This document shows positions 1 to 12,833 of a DNA stretch of 64,000 nucleotides, piece after piece; within the stretch, counting starts at the first letter, position 1; each line of letters begins with the position of its first letter. The notes beneath the pieces were generated by a model. It searched no databases. It saw nothing but the letters and a program-made list of their open reading frames with translations, and was not told the origin of the DNA. Source of the stretch: Eledone cirrhosa (Eukaryota); the NCBI GenBank assembly GCA_964016885.1, contig OZ024766.1, positions 14,632,001 to 14,696,000 of the forward strand. Direction: 5' to 3'. The position numbers and the translations under genes were made by a program.

Positions 1-54
1 TCGACGTCTTTCATCAAGTCTTTCATTTTGTTGAGAATACATTTATGTCCAAAG

Positions 55-420
55 CGGTGAATTGGCAGAAAATTCCTTGTGGTATTCCTTCAAGATCTGC
101 GCTCTGTGTTCAAATACCACCGAAGTCAACTTTGATTTTCATCCTATCGAGATCAACAAAATAAAAGTAGCAGTCCAGTACTGGGATCGATTCTTCCTCT
201 ATATCTCTATCACATACACACCCACTCTCTTGTTCCCCGTATCTATCTATCCTTTCTGAAAAAAATTGACTGTGAAACCAATGCCGTCGAGGGTAGCCTC
301 TCCTTTCACATTTACGGGGTCTATAAAACAAAGTACCAGTAACGCACTAAGGTAGGTTTATTGGACTACCCCTCCCACCAAAACTATTGTCGTTGTCCCT
401 AAATCAGTAACAGTTATTAC
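55..420 (+). mobile_element. Two degenerate tRNA-derived SINE copies (family B, same as 23452-23644)
   Basis: GTTCAAATACC B-box-like motif followed by AACTTTGATTTTCATCC..AAAATAAAAGTAGCAGT; a second copy at about 265-420 has TTTCACATTTACGGGGTCTATAAAACAAAGTACCAGT; both align by eye to the SINE at 23452. Confidence 0.7.
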
Positions 421-573
421 ATACGACAGTGAGACGGGTTTTATTTAAAAAATTTATTTAAAAAGTTCAATTACAATAACTTTATTTAATAATATTTACG
501 AAACTATTTAGGCGAGGTGGGACACAAGTAAACCCTGTTGTAGCATGTAATTGAGTGAGTCTTGTCACTTTTT

Positions 574-772
574 AACGAAGATGGGCGGGAAAGTTCATAG
601 GCTGACCATGAAGGAGTGATGCTAGAGCTGTGAAATGTTGAATGCATTAATTTCAACACTTCTTATTAATAACTGAATTGTTTCTTTTCCAGAGACTATG
701 TTGAAAAATAAACCTCATTTGAACATTCCATGAGAGTATTTTAGTCTATGAACTTTACAGCCGACCCTCATA
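574..772. mobile_element. Tc1/mariner-type MITE with imperfect TIRs
   Basis: Left end CGAAGATGGGCGGGAAAGTTCATAG is an imperfect reverse complement of right end CTATGAACTTTACAGCCGACCCTCA-TA; about 200 bp, non-coding. Confidence 0.6.
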
Positions 773-819
773 TGTACCAAGATATTTCTATAGTAAAAAT
801 ACCAAGTGAAAAAATATAT

Positions 820-1161
820 CATCATCATCATCATTTCATTTTACGTCCACTTTTCCCTGCTTCCAAGGGTGGGACGGGAACTAATTCTGGCTTGATTTCT
901 ACAGCTGGATGCCCTTCCTAACACCAACCTCATTTACAGTGAGTGCTGGGTGCTTTTTTGCCGTGGCACCTCCACGACCACTTTGCAGTGGAATGATAGG
1001 GACATTAGTCCCTATCAACTCACTTCTACAGCTGAGTAAACTGGAGCAATGTGAAATAAAGTGTCTTACTCAAGGAAACAGCACATCAGCCGGTCTGGGA
1101 ATTGAACTCACAACCTTTCGATTGCAAGGCCAATGCTCTAACTACTAAGCCATGTGCCTCC
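820..1161 (-). mobile_element. Full-length tRNA-derived SINE (family A) with RTE-type 3' tail
   Basis: Minus strand starts GGAGGCACATGGCTTAGTAGTTAGAGC (A box) ... GAGTTCAATTCCC (B box) and ends CCCACCCTTGGAAGCAGGGAAAAGTGGACGTAAAATGA then (TGA)n, matching the RTE 3' end at 16919-16975. Confidence 0.9.
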
Positions 1162-2685
1162 ATATATATAGTGCAACACTTCAACGAAAACATATATACA
1201 CATATATGTTTGTGTGTAGAGAGAGACAGAACTTACCACTAAATATGAAATATGTTTGAATAGCATTCAGCGTGTAATAACATCACACAGTTTTGATATG
1301 TAATGTATAGACATATTTGAAGAGATGTGAATTTCCCATACATTAATTACAATTAATTTTAGTTTATAGACCTTTCAGTAAATGTCTTTGAATTACTCTG
1401 TACATGTTCTCACACTGAGCCAAGCGTTAAACTATTTGATAATCAAGAACGATAACTCAGAATGACAACTATTATCTGTAGCTGAGTTGTTTCCCATGGG
1501 TGTGTGTGTGTCTACGTGTGTTTATGTATACTTGTGTGTATATGTATACTTGTATACATACATGCTGATGGCTGCAACTAGATTTCGAGTAATGCCATCG
1601 CTTGATACTTAAGTATAAACACCACGGACGTAGCGTTTTAGTCCTACAAGAGACTTGCCTAAGGCCAGGAAGGCCATGCATCGCAAAAATGTCACATATC
1701 AAGCGATGCCTGGGCTCGAAGCTTTTTTAAGTGATGAAAGGTTTAGCAGGGGTCAACTCCCACTCTCTGAACATCGAATGTATTTAACTATAACGAAGAA
1801 TTGGTCTCCATTATTGGGTGCAAACGAAGTCACAAGCTTTATAACAGTGTGACCTTCTAGAGAGGTGTCTTAATGAAGAGCAGGAATGTGACCATTGCAA
1901 CACCCACCCACCTCATGGGGGCTCCTTCCTCAAGTGTGCTGCTGTCTTTCCAATAGTGTATACATAGCATCTCTACAGTATACATATATATGTATAGTAT
2001 ATATAGGTTGAGAGGACCCCTATGTAGTATCAAAGACATTACAATATCTCTAGTGTTGGTGATCTACACCAGGCATGTAAAAAATGCGGCCTGCGGCCCT
2101 TTACAAGCACACCTGAGGCCCGCACATATGTTTTTACAGCAGGAGCATGTTTTATCTTCGTAATATAAAGTAAAGAAAAATTAGTTGTAATATGCCCATG
2201 TGGTCGTCGGGGTACCCTCAGTTTGACATGCCTGATCTACACGATAAACGTACCCAGCACATGCTTTAATGTGGATGTGATAGGAAGCGTTTCTAATCAC
2301 AGAGAGCTTACAAAAGAAGGGTTTTGAGGACCCTTTAGTTGTGTTAAGGGCATGGCAACCATCGTAGTGTTGGGGTCTACATAAATACACCCAGTGAGTG
2401 ATGTAAAGTTGTTGGTGGTAGGGAGGGTACCCAGCCACAGAAAACTCGCCAAACAAAAGGTTGGGAGGACGGTTCAGTTGTGTTGAAGGCATGACACCAT
2501 CTTTAGTAAGGGTGCCACAATACACTCAGTAGAATGTGGGACAATATGTAAACGAGGTGTGGACCCCCCACTCCATTCTGGTTTGTGAAGACCTGACCAA
2601 TCCTTGCTAGCAGGGAAAGTGGATGTTAAATGATGAGCTGTGACGTTACTGGTACCAAGCTGTTTCACACTTGACATTGCACGAT

Positions 2686-3776
<1,091 letters not shown>

Positions 3777-3784
3777 GTATATAT

Positions 3785-4791
3785 ATGTAGGAGGTGAGTT
3801 TTATTGTAGTACAATAAAGCAATGCAGATATCGGATAAGAAGACCAAAAAAATTATTATTATTTTTTTCTCCCCATCAACGAACTCATTATTAATACATA
3901 TCAATTCAATATACAAACTTTAACTTCACATTATTTTTCTCAAATCCTTCTACACACAAACCATAACAATTTTTCTCTTCGCTAATTTTGAAATTGCCAC
4001 AATACATACATTTCTTCTTTTGACGTTAGAATATTCACCCACAATTATTATTTTTTTCTCTCTATCTTCATACATAATTTCCCTTCGTTAATTTTCAAAT
4101 TCCTTTAATTTATACATTATCTTCCAACGGTTCCCAACCTCTCTATATTAAAACAATATATCTTTTTCTCAGTTATAAAAACTATCTCTTTCTCTCTATC
4201 ACCCATCTCTCCCTCTCCACCTTCACTCTCATCTCCTCCCCCCTTTTTTTCATCCTTTCCACCCCACCCCCACCCCCTCCCTAAATAAAATATTTTTTCC
4301 TCGCACATATCCTCCCTTCGTTAATTTTCAAAATTTTTAATTTATACAGTATCTTCCAACGGTTTTCAACCCCTCTATGTAAAAAATATATCTCCTCTCA
4401 GTTATAAAAACTATCTCTTTCTCTCTATCACCCATCTCTCCCTCTCATCTCCTTCCCTTTTCATCCTCCCCCCCCCCCTCTCTAAATAAAATATTTTTCC
4501 CAATATCACACATCAATCTAAAACCACTTTTCATATGTTGATTTAAAACTGCACTATCAACAAGTGTTTTTTAGCCTTCATATCATGTTCTCCTGTTTTA
4601 TCTGATGAAAACACAAATATTATTGCTTGATGATGTTTGTTTTTGAAATGCGCATAATAAAATATATGGAACTCCTTTAACCATCTTTTGATCTTATATT
4701 ATGCATACTCCAGTCCCACAAACTGTAGAGTGCTTCTTATCCGATATCTGCATTGCTTTATTGTACTACAATAAAACTCACCTCCTACATA
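3785..4791 (+). mobile_element. Penelope-like non-coding element (family A') with about 58-bp terminal inverted repeats, inserted in (TA)n
   Basis: ATGTAGGAGGTGAGTTTTATTGTAGTACAATAAAGCAATGCAGATATCGGATAAGAAG at 3785 is inverted at about 4733-4790; internal direct duplication with about 235-bp period (4081/4314); hammerhead at 4594; homolog at 50301-50728. Confidence 0.75.
4594..4664 (+). ncRNA. Minimal type I hammerhead ribozyme motif
   Basis: TGTTTTAT-CTGATGA-[stem II ACAAATATTATT/GATGATGTTTGT]-GAAA-TGCGCA (palindrome)-TA-ATAAAATA. Confidence 0.85.
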
Positions 4792-4799
4792 TAAGTGTG

Positions 4800-4847
<48 letters not shown>

Positions 4848-4864
4848 TATATATATATATATAA

Positions 4865-4964
<100 letters not shown>

Positions 4965-5422
4965 ATATCAAAGAGCAAAGGAGCTCTTAGGAGTCAATGG
5001 CCATCCAAAATCACCGGGAGAGATGACCCCTTAGCCTTTGTCAAGGCAGAATTCTAGGAGAAGGAAAACTCTGATATAACACCTGCAACCCTGATGGTAT
5101 CCAATGATGTTGACTTGTTTTTCTTTTTGGTAAATATCATCTTGGTTAAGAGAGTGGGACTGGCTTTGTGCAGTGCCTTTGCTCACTATAAAAGCTTCAC
5201 AGCACAGGCATTGCTTTATATCTGGAGATCTCTCTACACTTGTCGTCACATGGTACCATGGGCCCTGCACTATGTGTCAATAATTGTCACAAGTGTAGTG
5301 TTTGTACCAGAGTTTTCAAGTCGCTGGCTGGACTAAAAAGTCACACTCGTTCAGCGCATCGGTAGGGGTTCTCCTACATGGATATAAAGTAGTGGCCGTA
5401 CTCGAAAACGAGTTGGCAGCCA

Positions 5423-5564
<142 letters not shown>

Positions 5565-5584
5565 ATATATATATATATATACAT

Positions 5585-5707
<123 letters not shown>

Positions 5708-5829
5708 CACATATATGACTCCAGTTCCCCAGTGAATTAACAACCCAACAAGGAACTGGGCATATCAGAGTATTGACAATATCATACACCTAAACAACAT
5801 ATGTACTTGTCTATACCATACTAATTCAA

Positions 5830-5884
5830 ACTGCCTGAAGAGGTCACAGCCAAATATGGCTGTCACTGAAATATATATAGCAGT
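5830..5884 (+). ncRNA. Minimal type I hammerhead ribozyme motif (in pLTR-like module 5716-6032)
   Basis: ACTGC-CTGAAGA-[GGT-ACAGCCA/TGGCTGT-ACT]-GAAA-TATATA-TA-GCAGT-AATAAA. Confidence 0.88.
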
Positions 5885-6079
5885 AATAAACGAAGCTAAA
5901 TTTTAATCATTTGATTTTTATTTAACTTTATTTTACACTACTCCGGAATAACCAAACCAACCTGCGCACTTCGTCGAGTGCTCCAGCCTGCATACTGAGG
6001 TGTTGGTATACAACCAACATAAACTCTAAATCTATATACACATATATATATATATATATATACACATATATGTATTAAC

Positions 6080-6350
6080 TTGTTCAGGTTGTCGAGAACA
6101 ATACATAGGCCAGACCAAAAACCGCCTCCGCCAACGCATGACTGTCCATAGATCCCAAATTAAAATACGGGAATACAGGAAAGTACCACTGAGTGAACAC
6201 ATTGATACCTGTGCCGCCCAAAATCATCCCAACTTCAGAATCTTTCCCCTCTACAAATTTAAAGATAATGCCACCCACACTCAGCGCATCAGCAAGGAAT
6301 CTTACTTCATTAACAAATACGGACCCCCGTCTAAACACTTCTCCCTAAGA
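6080..6350 (+). pseudogene. Penelope-like element GIY-YIG endonuclease fragment
   Basis: Translates CSGCREQYIGQTKNRLRQRMTVHRSQI...LSEHIDTC...RISKESYFINKY (YIG-T, R..H and conserved E of GIY-YIG); 5'-truncated next to a TA tract. Confidence 0.85.
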
Positions 6351-6668
6351 CGAACCCACAACATACACACGTCAACATACATACCTACATCAGCACACAT
6401 CTCTACCCACATATAAACACAATGACACACGTAAACACACATGCTCTATGGTGAAATACAAAAAAATATATGTGCATATATATGTATGTATATATGTATA
6501 TATATATATATATGTAGTGAATATATGTATGTGTATATATATATAGTGAATATCATTTCACACCTTTTATTGTTAAGATTTTTGATGTTCTATTAAGAGA
6601 ACCGATTTTACTGAAAAAATCGAATAATGTACACCATTTTACCAGGGGGAAAAAAATACTGGTCCACC

Positions 6669-6700
<32 letters not shown>

Positions 6701-6870
6701 CACAAACACATACACACGCGTACATCAACATACAAAGAGACTTATACACACACACACACACACACGCGCACTTCTCCGTATAAGACAAAAGCTGAAAAAT
6801 ATCTTTTGACATGCTAAAATACCCCCCATTGCTTTCAGACACATTCTTACTGACCATCGAATTACTCTGC

Positions 6871-6911
<41 letters not shown>

Positions 6912-6995
6912 ATCTTAATAGCCATTTGACACACATCGCTGCTGGCCATTGTCGCAGCATCGAACACCTTACTACTACTACTACACACACACACA

Positions 6996-7038
<43 letters not shown>

Positions 7039-7063
7039 TTGTTGTGAAAGAGTCATTTCTCAA

Positions 7064-7292
7064 TCTTGGCGCAAAACCAATTTTTTATCCACATGACCTC
7101 TACCGACCAATCAAAATTGTTTTGACCAAGAATTTTTGCTGGAGCCACTTTTTTTAACATAAAAACAGTCTTGGCGCAAAATCAACTTTTTACATTCACA
7201 TGACCTCTACCGACCAATCAAAATTGTTTTGACCACAAGCATTTTTGCAACACAAAAATAACGCTGGAGCCACTTTTTTAACATAAAAACAG
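7064..7292. repeat. Imperfect two-copy tandem duplication (about 105-125 bp)
   Basis: TCTTGGCGCAAAA..CACATGACCTCTACCGACCAATCAAAATTGTTTTGACCA..GCTGGAGCCACTTTTTT..AACATAAAAACAG occurs twice. Confidence 0.85.
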
Positions 7293-7508
7293 GTAGAATT
7301 CCCCAAACTAATCAGATCAGAGCAAACAGCACGGACACTCTATCTCAAAATTAATTTTGAAAAGCATTTAGAAATGCGCAACCGGTAAAAACTTAAAAAC
7401 TTAAAACCACAACTGAATACTAACCCATACAATCACTAATACTCTTTTATTCCTAATTAAACCATTTTTCAACTGTGAACAATTTGTCAGCATTTTCTAT
7501 TCCGTTTA

Positions 7509-7547
<39 letters not shown>

Positions 7548-7552
7548 TATAT

Positions 7553-7899
<347 letters not shown>

Positions 7900-7906
7900 T
7901 ATATAA

Positions 7907-8188
7907 GGTCATCAATGGCGTGGATGACCGGATAAGCCTTCAGTCAGACCTACTGGCTGTTACCCAATGGGCAGAAAAGAACAACATGTTACTGAACGAA
8001 GACAAATTCGAACTGATCCACTTTGGAAAAGAGGATGCTCTGAAACTCCCGTACTCCCTTCCCTCCGGGGAAACTCTCGTGGCATCTAACAACATCAGAG
8101 ACTTGGGAGTAACCGTGGACAGCAACATAAGCTGGACCACGCATATAAGCAGCAAAGTTGACATGGCCCGCAAAATGTGTTCCTGGAT
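7907..8188 (+). pseudogene. CR1/L2-group LINE RT C-terminal fragment
   Basis: [30 protein letters not shown]...[18 protein letters not shown]. Confidence 0.85.
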
Positions 8189-8432
8189 AGTGACGTCCTG
8201 TTCGACGGTTGGTCCAGCTCCCAATGCCAAAGTTTGGTGCTAGTCCCTCCAGGATTTTCCACATGTAGATCACTGCGTATCTCTCCCGTCTTCGCTCCAA
8301 GGAGTAGAGGTTCAGTTCCCTCAGCCTCTCCCAGTTGCTTGTCTCCCTCATCTTGGCAATCCTCTTGGTGTAGCTTCGCTGGATTGCCTCAAGCTCCGTG
8401 GTTAGTTTTATACTATGGGGTGACCACAACTG
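8189..8432 (-). pseudogene. Downstream fragment of the same CR1-type LINE, inverted
   Basis: WSPH..ELEAIQRSYTKRI..WERLRELNLYSLERRRERYAVIYMWKILEG. Confidence 0.85.
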
Positions 8433-8473
8433 GGATAGTAATAAACGAAAGATTTATACTTTATACCATCTCT

Positions 8474-8549
8474 ATTTTATTATATATATTTCGAAGATGT
8501 AAAGTTTTATGTATAACATAAACCAGAAGATGTCCTCCTCAGACAAAAT
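8474..8549 (-). ncRNA. Minimal type I hammerhead ribozyme motif
   Basis: Reverse complement reads ATTTTGT-CTGAGGA-GGA...TTC-GAAA-TATATA-TA-ATAAAAT; stem II is irregular. Confidence 0.7.
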
Positions 8550-8760
8550 ACATAGGAGATAATTTTTCCTGATATCCTGGTAGACAAATGAGCTGGACAG
8601 TTTGGTAACAACCGAGTATATGATTAGAAAAAACTCAACACAGGGGGTTACGTGACTGGGAGAATAATTACAGTTTTTTAAACATTTATTAAATTATTTA
8701 AAATATAGCGTAATTAGCATTCTAAGAGAAATATAGAATCAAAATAGTACAAAAGAAAAT

Positions 8761-9718
8761 ATACTTGCCAAATAGGAAATAGTGCTATAAGGTCTCTCTT
8801 ATGGTTCCAGCCTGAATACACAGTCTTCTATAGACTGTGTATTTAGTATATATACAATATACTGTGTCTTAATATAATGGAGGCACATGGCTAAGTGGTT
8901 AGAGCATTGGCCTTGCAATCAAAAGGTTGTATACTTGCCAAATAGGAAATAGTGCTATAAGGTCTCTCTTATGGTTCCAGCCTGAATACACAGTCTTCTA
9001 TAGACTGTGTATTTAGTATATATACAATATACTGTGTCTTAATATAATGGAGGCACATGGCTAAGTGGTTAGAGCATTGGCCTTGCAATCAAAAGGTTGT
9101 ATACTTGCCAAATAGGAAATAGTGCTATAAGGTCTCTCTTATGGTTCCAGCCTGAATACACAGTCTTCTATAGACTGTGTATTTAGTATATATACAATAT
9201 ACTGTGTCTTAATATAATGGAGGCACATGGCTAAGTGGTTAGAGCATTGGCCTTGCAATCAAAAGGTTGTATACTTGCCAAATAGGAAATAGTGCTATAA
9301 GGTCTCTCTTATGGTTCCACCCTGAATACACAGTCTTCTATAGACTGTGTATTTAGTATATATACAATATACTGTGTCTTAATATAATGGAGGCACATGG
9401 CTAAGTGGTTAGAGCATTGGCCTTGCAATCAAAAGGTTGTATACTTGCCAAATAGGAAATAGTGCTATAAGGTCTCTCTTATGGTTCCACCCTGAATACA
9501 CAGTCTTCTATAGACTGTGTATTTAGTATATATACAATATACTGTGTCTTAATATAATGGAGGCACATGGCTAAGTGGTTAGAGCATTGGCCTTGCAATC
9601 AAAAGGTTGTATACTTGCCAAATAGGAAATAGTGCTATAAGGTCTCTCTTATGGTTCCACCCTGAATACACAGTCTTCTATAGACTGTGTATTTAGTATA
9701 TATACAATATACTGTGTG
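8761..9718 (+). repeat. 170-bp tandem repeat, about 5.6 copies, containing the SINE family A head
   Basis: Units start at 8761, 8931, 9101, 9271, 9441, 9611; each full unit ends GGAGGCACATGGCTAAGTGGTTAGAGCATTGGCCTTGCAATCAAAAGGTTGT. Confidence 0.95.
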
Positions 9719-9836
9719 CCCTATATGATATGGTTCTTTCTCTCTCTTTGTATATATACATATATCTTTTCCATTTGATGTCTGCTTAAATTGTGTAAAT
9801 ATGTGTATGTCCATTAACACTGACTTATATATGCTA

Positions 9837-9896
<60 letters not shown>

Positions 9897-9954
9897 AAGG
9901 CTCTGATACCATCAACACTATAAACACAGAGCTGGCATGTCTAAGAACTGACTA

Positions 9955-10010
9955 ACTGCCTGATGAGGTCATAGCCATTCAATGGCTATCATCGAAATAT
10001 ATATAGCAGT
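9955..10010 (+). ncRNA. Minimal type I hammerhead ribozyme motif
   Basis: ACTGC-CTGATGA-[GGT-ATAGCCA/TGGCTAT-ATC]-GAAA-TATATA-TA-GCAGT-AAATAAA; stem II covaries with the copy at 5830. Confidence 0.9.
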
Positions 10011-10076
10011 AAATAAAGGATTATGAGTTCATGCAATTGACTTATGTTTTATCACTATATATATATATATATTTAT

Positions 10077-11788
10077 TTATTAAAATAACATATTAAAGTT
10101 TAAGCAAAGAATCGCTGCTTTCACCCTTAACGGGATCTTCTGAAACTAACAAAGTCAATCTGTGAAGGCAGAAGTGAATATTTCAAAAAACGTTGCAACA
10201 GAAGGAAGATAGGAAGACGATACTTTGGTTCGTGGAAATGTTCCTTGGTAAAGAACGGGAAAAAACGAATATAATACGTCCTTAATAGGAGCGGTGAAAA
10301 ACAATTACACGCAAAGACAAAACCACGTTTATGGTATAAAAGAAGTTGTAGACTAATGTTCTCTTAGGTGGTGCATAGAGACGTTCTCTGGCAATGAACG
10401 GAAAAAACGAAGATAATACGTCATATGTGGAGAGTGGAGAACAATTGCACGCAAAGACAAAACCACGTAAATGGTATAGCAGAAGTCGTAGACTAAAATT
10501 CTAACTAGGAGACCGAATGAATCTCGGCTTCAGAGTTAAGAATAAAGTAAATAAAATACAATACAGAGGCAATTGAAATTAAATAAATACATACACGCAT
10601 CCATATACGTACATACACAAGCATACGCGAAAACACTCGCCATAGGTATAAAAAACCACGCACATATAAATATGTGTGTGTGTGTGTGCGTGTATACAAA
10701 TAATTAAATAAATATGTATATAACATGCGCACACACATACCTACATGTAAATACACAAATGTTCGGAGACGTACGTCAACCAAAACACGAAGTACACATA
10801 TACACACACCCTACATATGTACGAACCCACATACTCACATAGACGCAAAACTCACGTATACACATAACCAAAAGCATATATACCAGAATATATAAAATAT
10901 ACGCCATAACATATACAATCAAATATACGTACGAGAAAGTATACGTACCTTCACAAAACATACAGGTAATATATACTTACCTATGCAAATAAGTAATGGT
11001 ATAAACATAACATATACTTAGCTACCACATCAAGATGTAAAATATCCGCGTATAGATCGTACTATCCATTAGGGTATAATGTGGGGCTGTAATACAGGAA
11101 AGTTTTGTGCAATTTATGTTTACAAGCCGAAATTGCCTCAGATTTTTTGTTTAAGATGTGGTCTGTGGCGTAGAGTATTTCCAGGGCCTCAGCGGCGCAA
11201 AGGTCACATGATCTTTTATTTCTGTTATATGATCTAGCCCTAGCTAGGATCTCCCAGTGTAACTTATATTGGGTGTGGTTGTCTTTTAGACTCCAGATAT
11301 AAGCTGAAAGTGACGTCATATTCCTTCTTAGAGGGTAACGAAAATAATGGGTATGCATGTAAAGACGCTGCTTGAATCTATTGGCGGTTAACCCTATGTA
11401 GGCCCTACGGGACGTGGGTGTTACAACCTTACATTTGTAGACAATGTTACTAGAGAGGCATTTTCCGGATAGGGGGCAATCAACCCGATTCCTACAATTA
11501 CAGTTAGTACTAACTACTGGGTTGCACGTGTTCCTACGGCTAGGTAGTTTAGCTAAATTAGAAGCTGTGATGTTATGTGCAATGTTAGGAGTCGTAGAGT
11601 AAGAAATTTTAATAGTATTTCTATTAAAAATGTTACTATATTTATGTGTAGGGGGGAAAATGCTTCGTAATAAGGGAGAGAAAGATCTTAGCTAATGGTG
11701 TGGCCACCTCCATATTACATGGTGGGTTATACCATATAATGCGTCGGGATCTATTTCTTCTAGGTCTATTCTCGTACTCTGTATATAT
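10077..11788 (-). mobile_element. 5'-truncated Penelope-like retroelement (linker + GIY-YIG, 11062-11785) with long 3' region
   Basis: RRIIWYNPP...KISYSTTPN...CNCRNRVDCPLSGKCLSSNIVYKC...AYIGLTANRFKQRLYMH...LSAYIWSLK...CDLCAAE...LNKKSE; both ends abut (TA)n. Confidence 0.88.
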
Positions 11789-11796
11789 ATATATAT

Positions 11797-12833
11797 ATAG
11801 CGAGGAATTTAGCATACAGGTCGGTGTCCACCAGGGATCTGTTCTTAGCACTCTCCTGTTCATCATAGTCCTGCAGGCAATAACGGAGGAGTTTAAGACC
11901 GGATGCCCATGGGAACTCCTGTATGCTGATGACCTCACACTTATAGCTGAATCCATGGTGGAACTAGAGAAGAAATTCCAAACATGGAAGCAGGGACTAG
12001 AAAGTAAGGGTCTCAAAGTCAACCTGACAAAGACTAAGGTCCTTGTAAGTAGACAAGAAAACAGAACCCAAATACCCTCAGGGAAATAGCCTTGCTCAGT
12101 ATGTAGGAACTCCATTCTCTGCCCCAAATGCAAACAATGGGTACACAAGAGATGAAGCGGGATCTCAGGAAGCTTAACTAAGAATGTAGGCTTCACATGC
12201 AGCAGCTGTGCTGGGACAGCAAGCAGCAAACAGCCACAGGAAACAAGTACCACCAATCTCTGGGAGGGCTCTGTAGAAACAGTAGACAGCTTCTGCTACC
12301 TAGATGACCAAATTAGCAGCGGAGGTGGGTGTTCAGAAAGTACAATAACTAGGGTAAGAACGGGATGGAAGAAGTTCAGGGAGCTACTGCCACTACTAGC
12401 TGCAAAAGGCTTCTCCCTCAAAATGAAAGGCAGACTGTATGATGCGTGTATATGAACAGCAATGTTACATGGTAGTGAGACCTGGGCGCTGTCTGTAGAA
12501 GACTTGGGTAGATTAGAAAGAAACGAAGCCTGCATGCTCCGATGGATGTGTAATAGTAATATACGTGAACGGCAAAGCATTAACGAATTGAGAGAGACTG
12601 AGCATAAGAGGAATCAAATGATGTGTGCAGGAGAGGAGGTTGTGTTGGTATGGACATGTGATATGAAGGATGATAGCTACATAAAAAGGTGCAGAGCACT
12701 AGAAGTCGATGGAAACCGCGGAGTGGGGAGACCCAAGAAGACCTGGGATGAGGTGATGAAAGCTGACCTTTCCCAATTACACCTCTCAAGAGCGATGACA
12801 CACGACCGTGACCTCTGGTGTTACACAGTAATA
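11797..12833 (+). mobile_element. RTE-clade LINE 3' fragment (degenerate)
   Basis: VGVHQGSVLS..WELLYADDL (RT), Cys-rich insert, MLHGSETW..RGVGRPKKTW; contains stops and frameshifts. Confidence 0.92.

Noticed and set aside
1085-1161. tRNA gene
   Set aside because: A and B boxes are present, but it is the head of a multi-copy SINE and lacks a clear acceptor stem
2070-2180. hAT-like terminal sequence CAGGCATG..TGCGGCC
   Set aside because: No matching opposite TIR or 8-bp TSD found
10100-10150. Possible hammerhead at the 3' end of the Penelope element (minus: CAGAAGA-TCCC..GGGT-GAAA-GCAGC)
   Set aside because: Core is mutated and stems I and III cannot be formed convincingly
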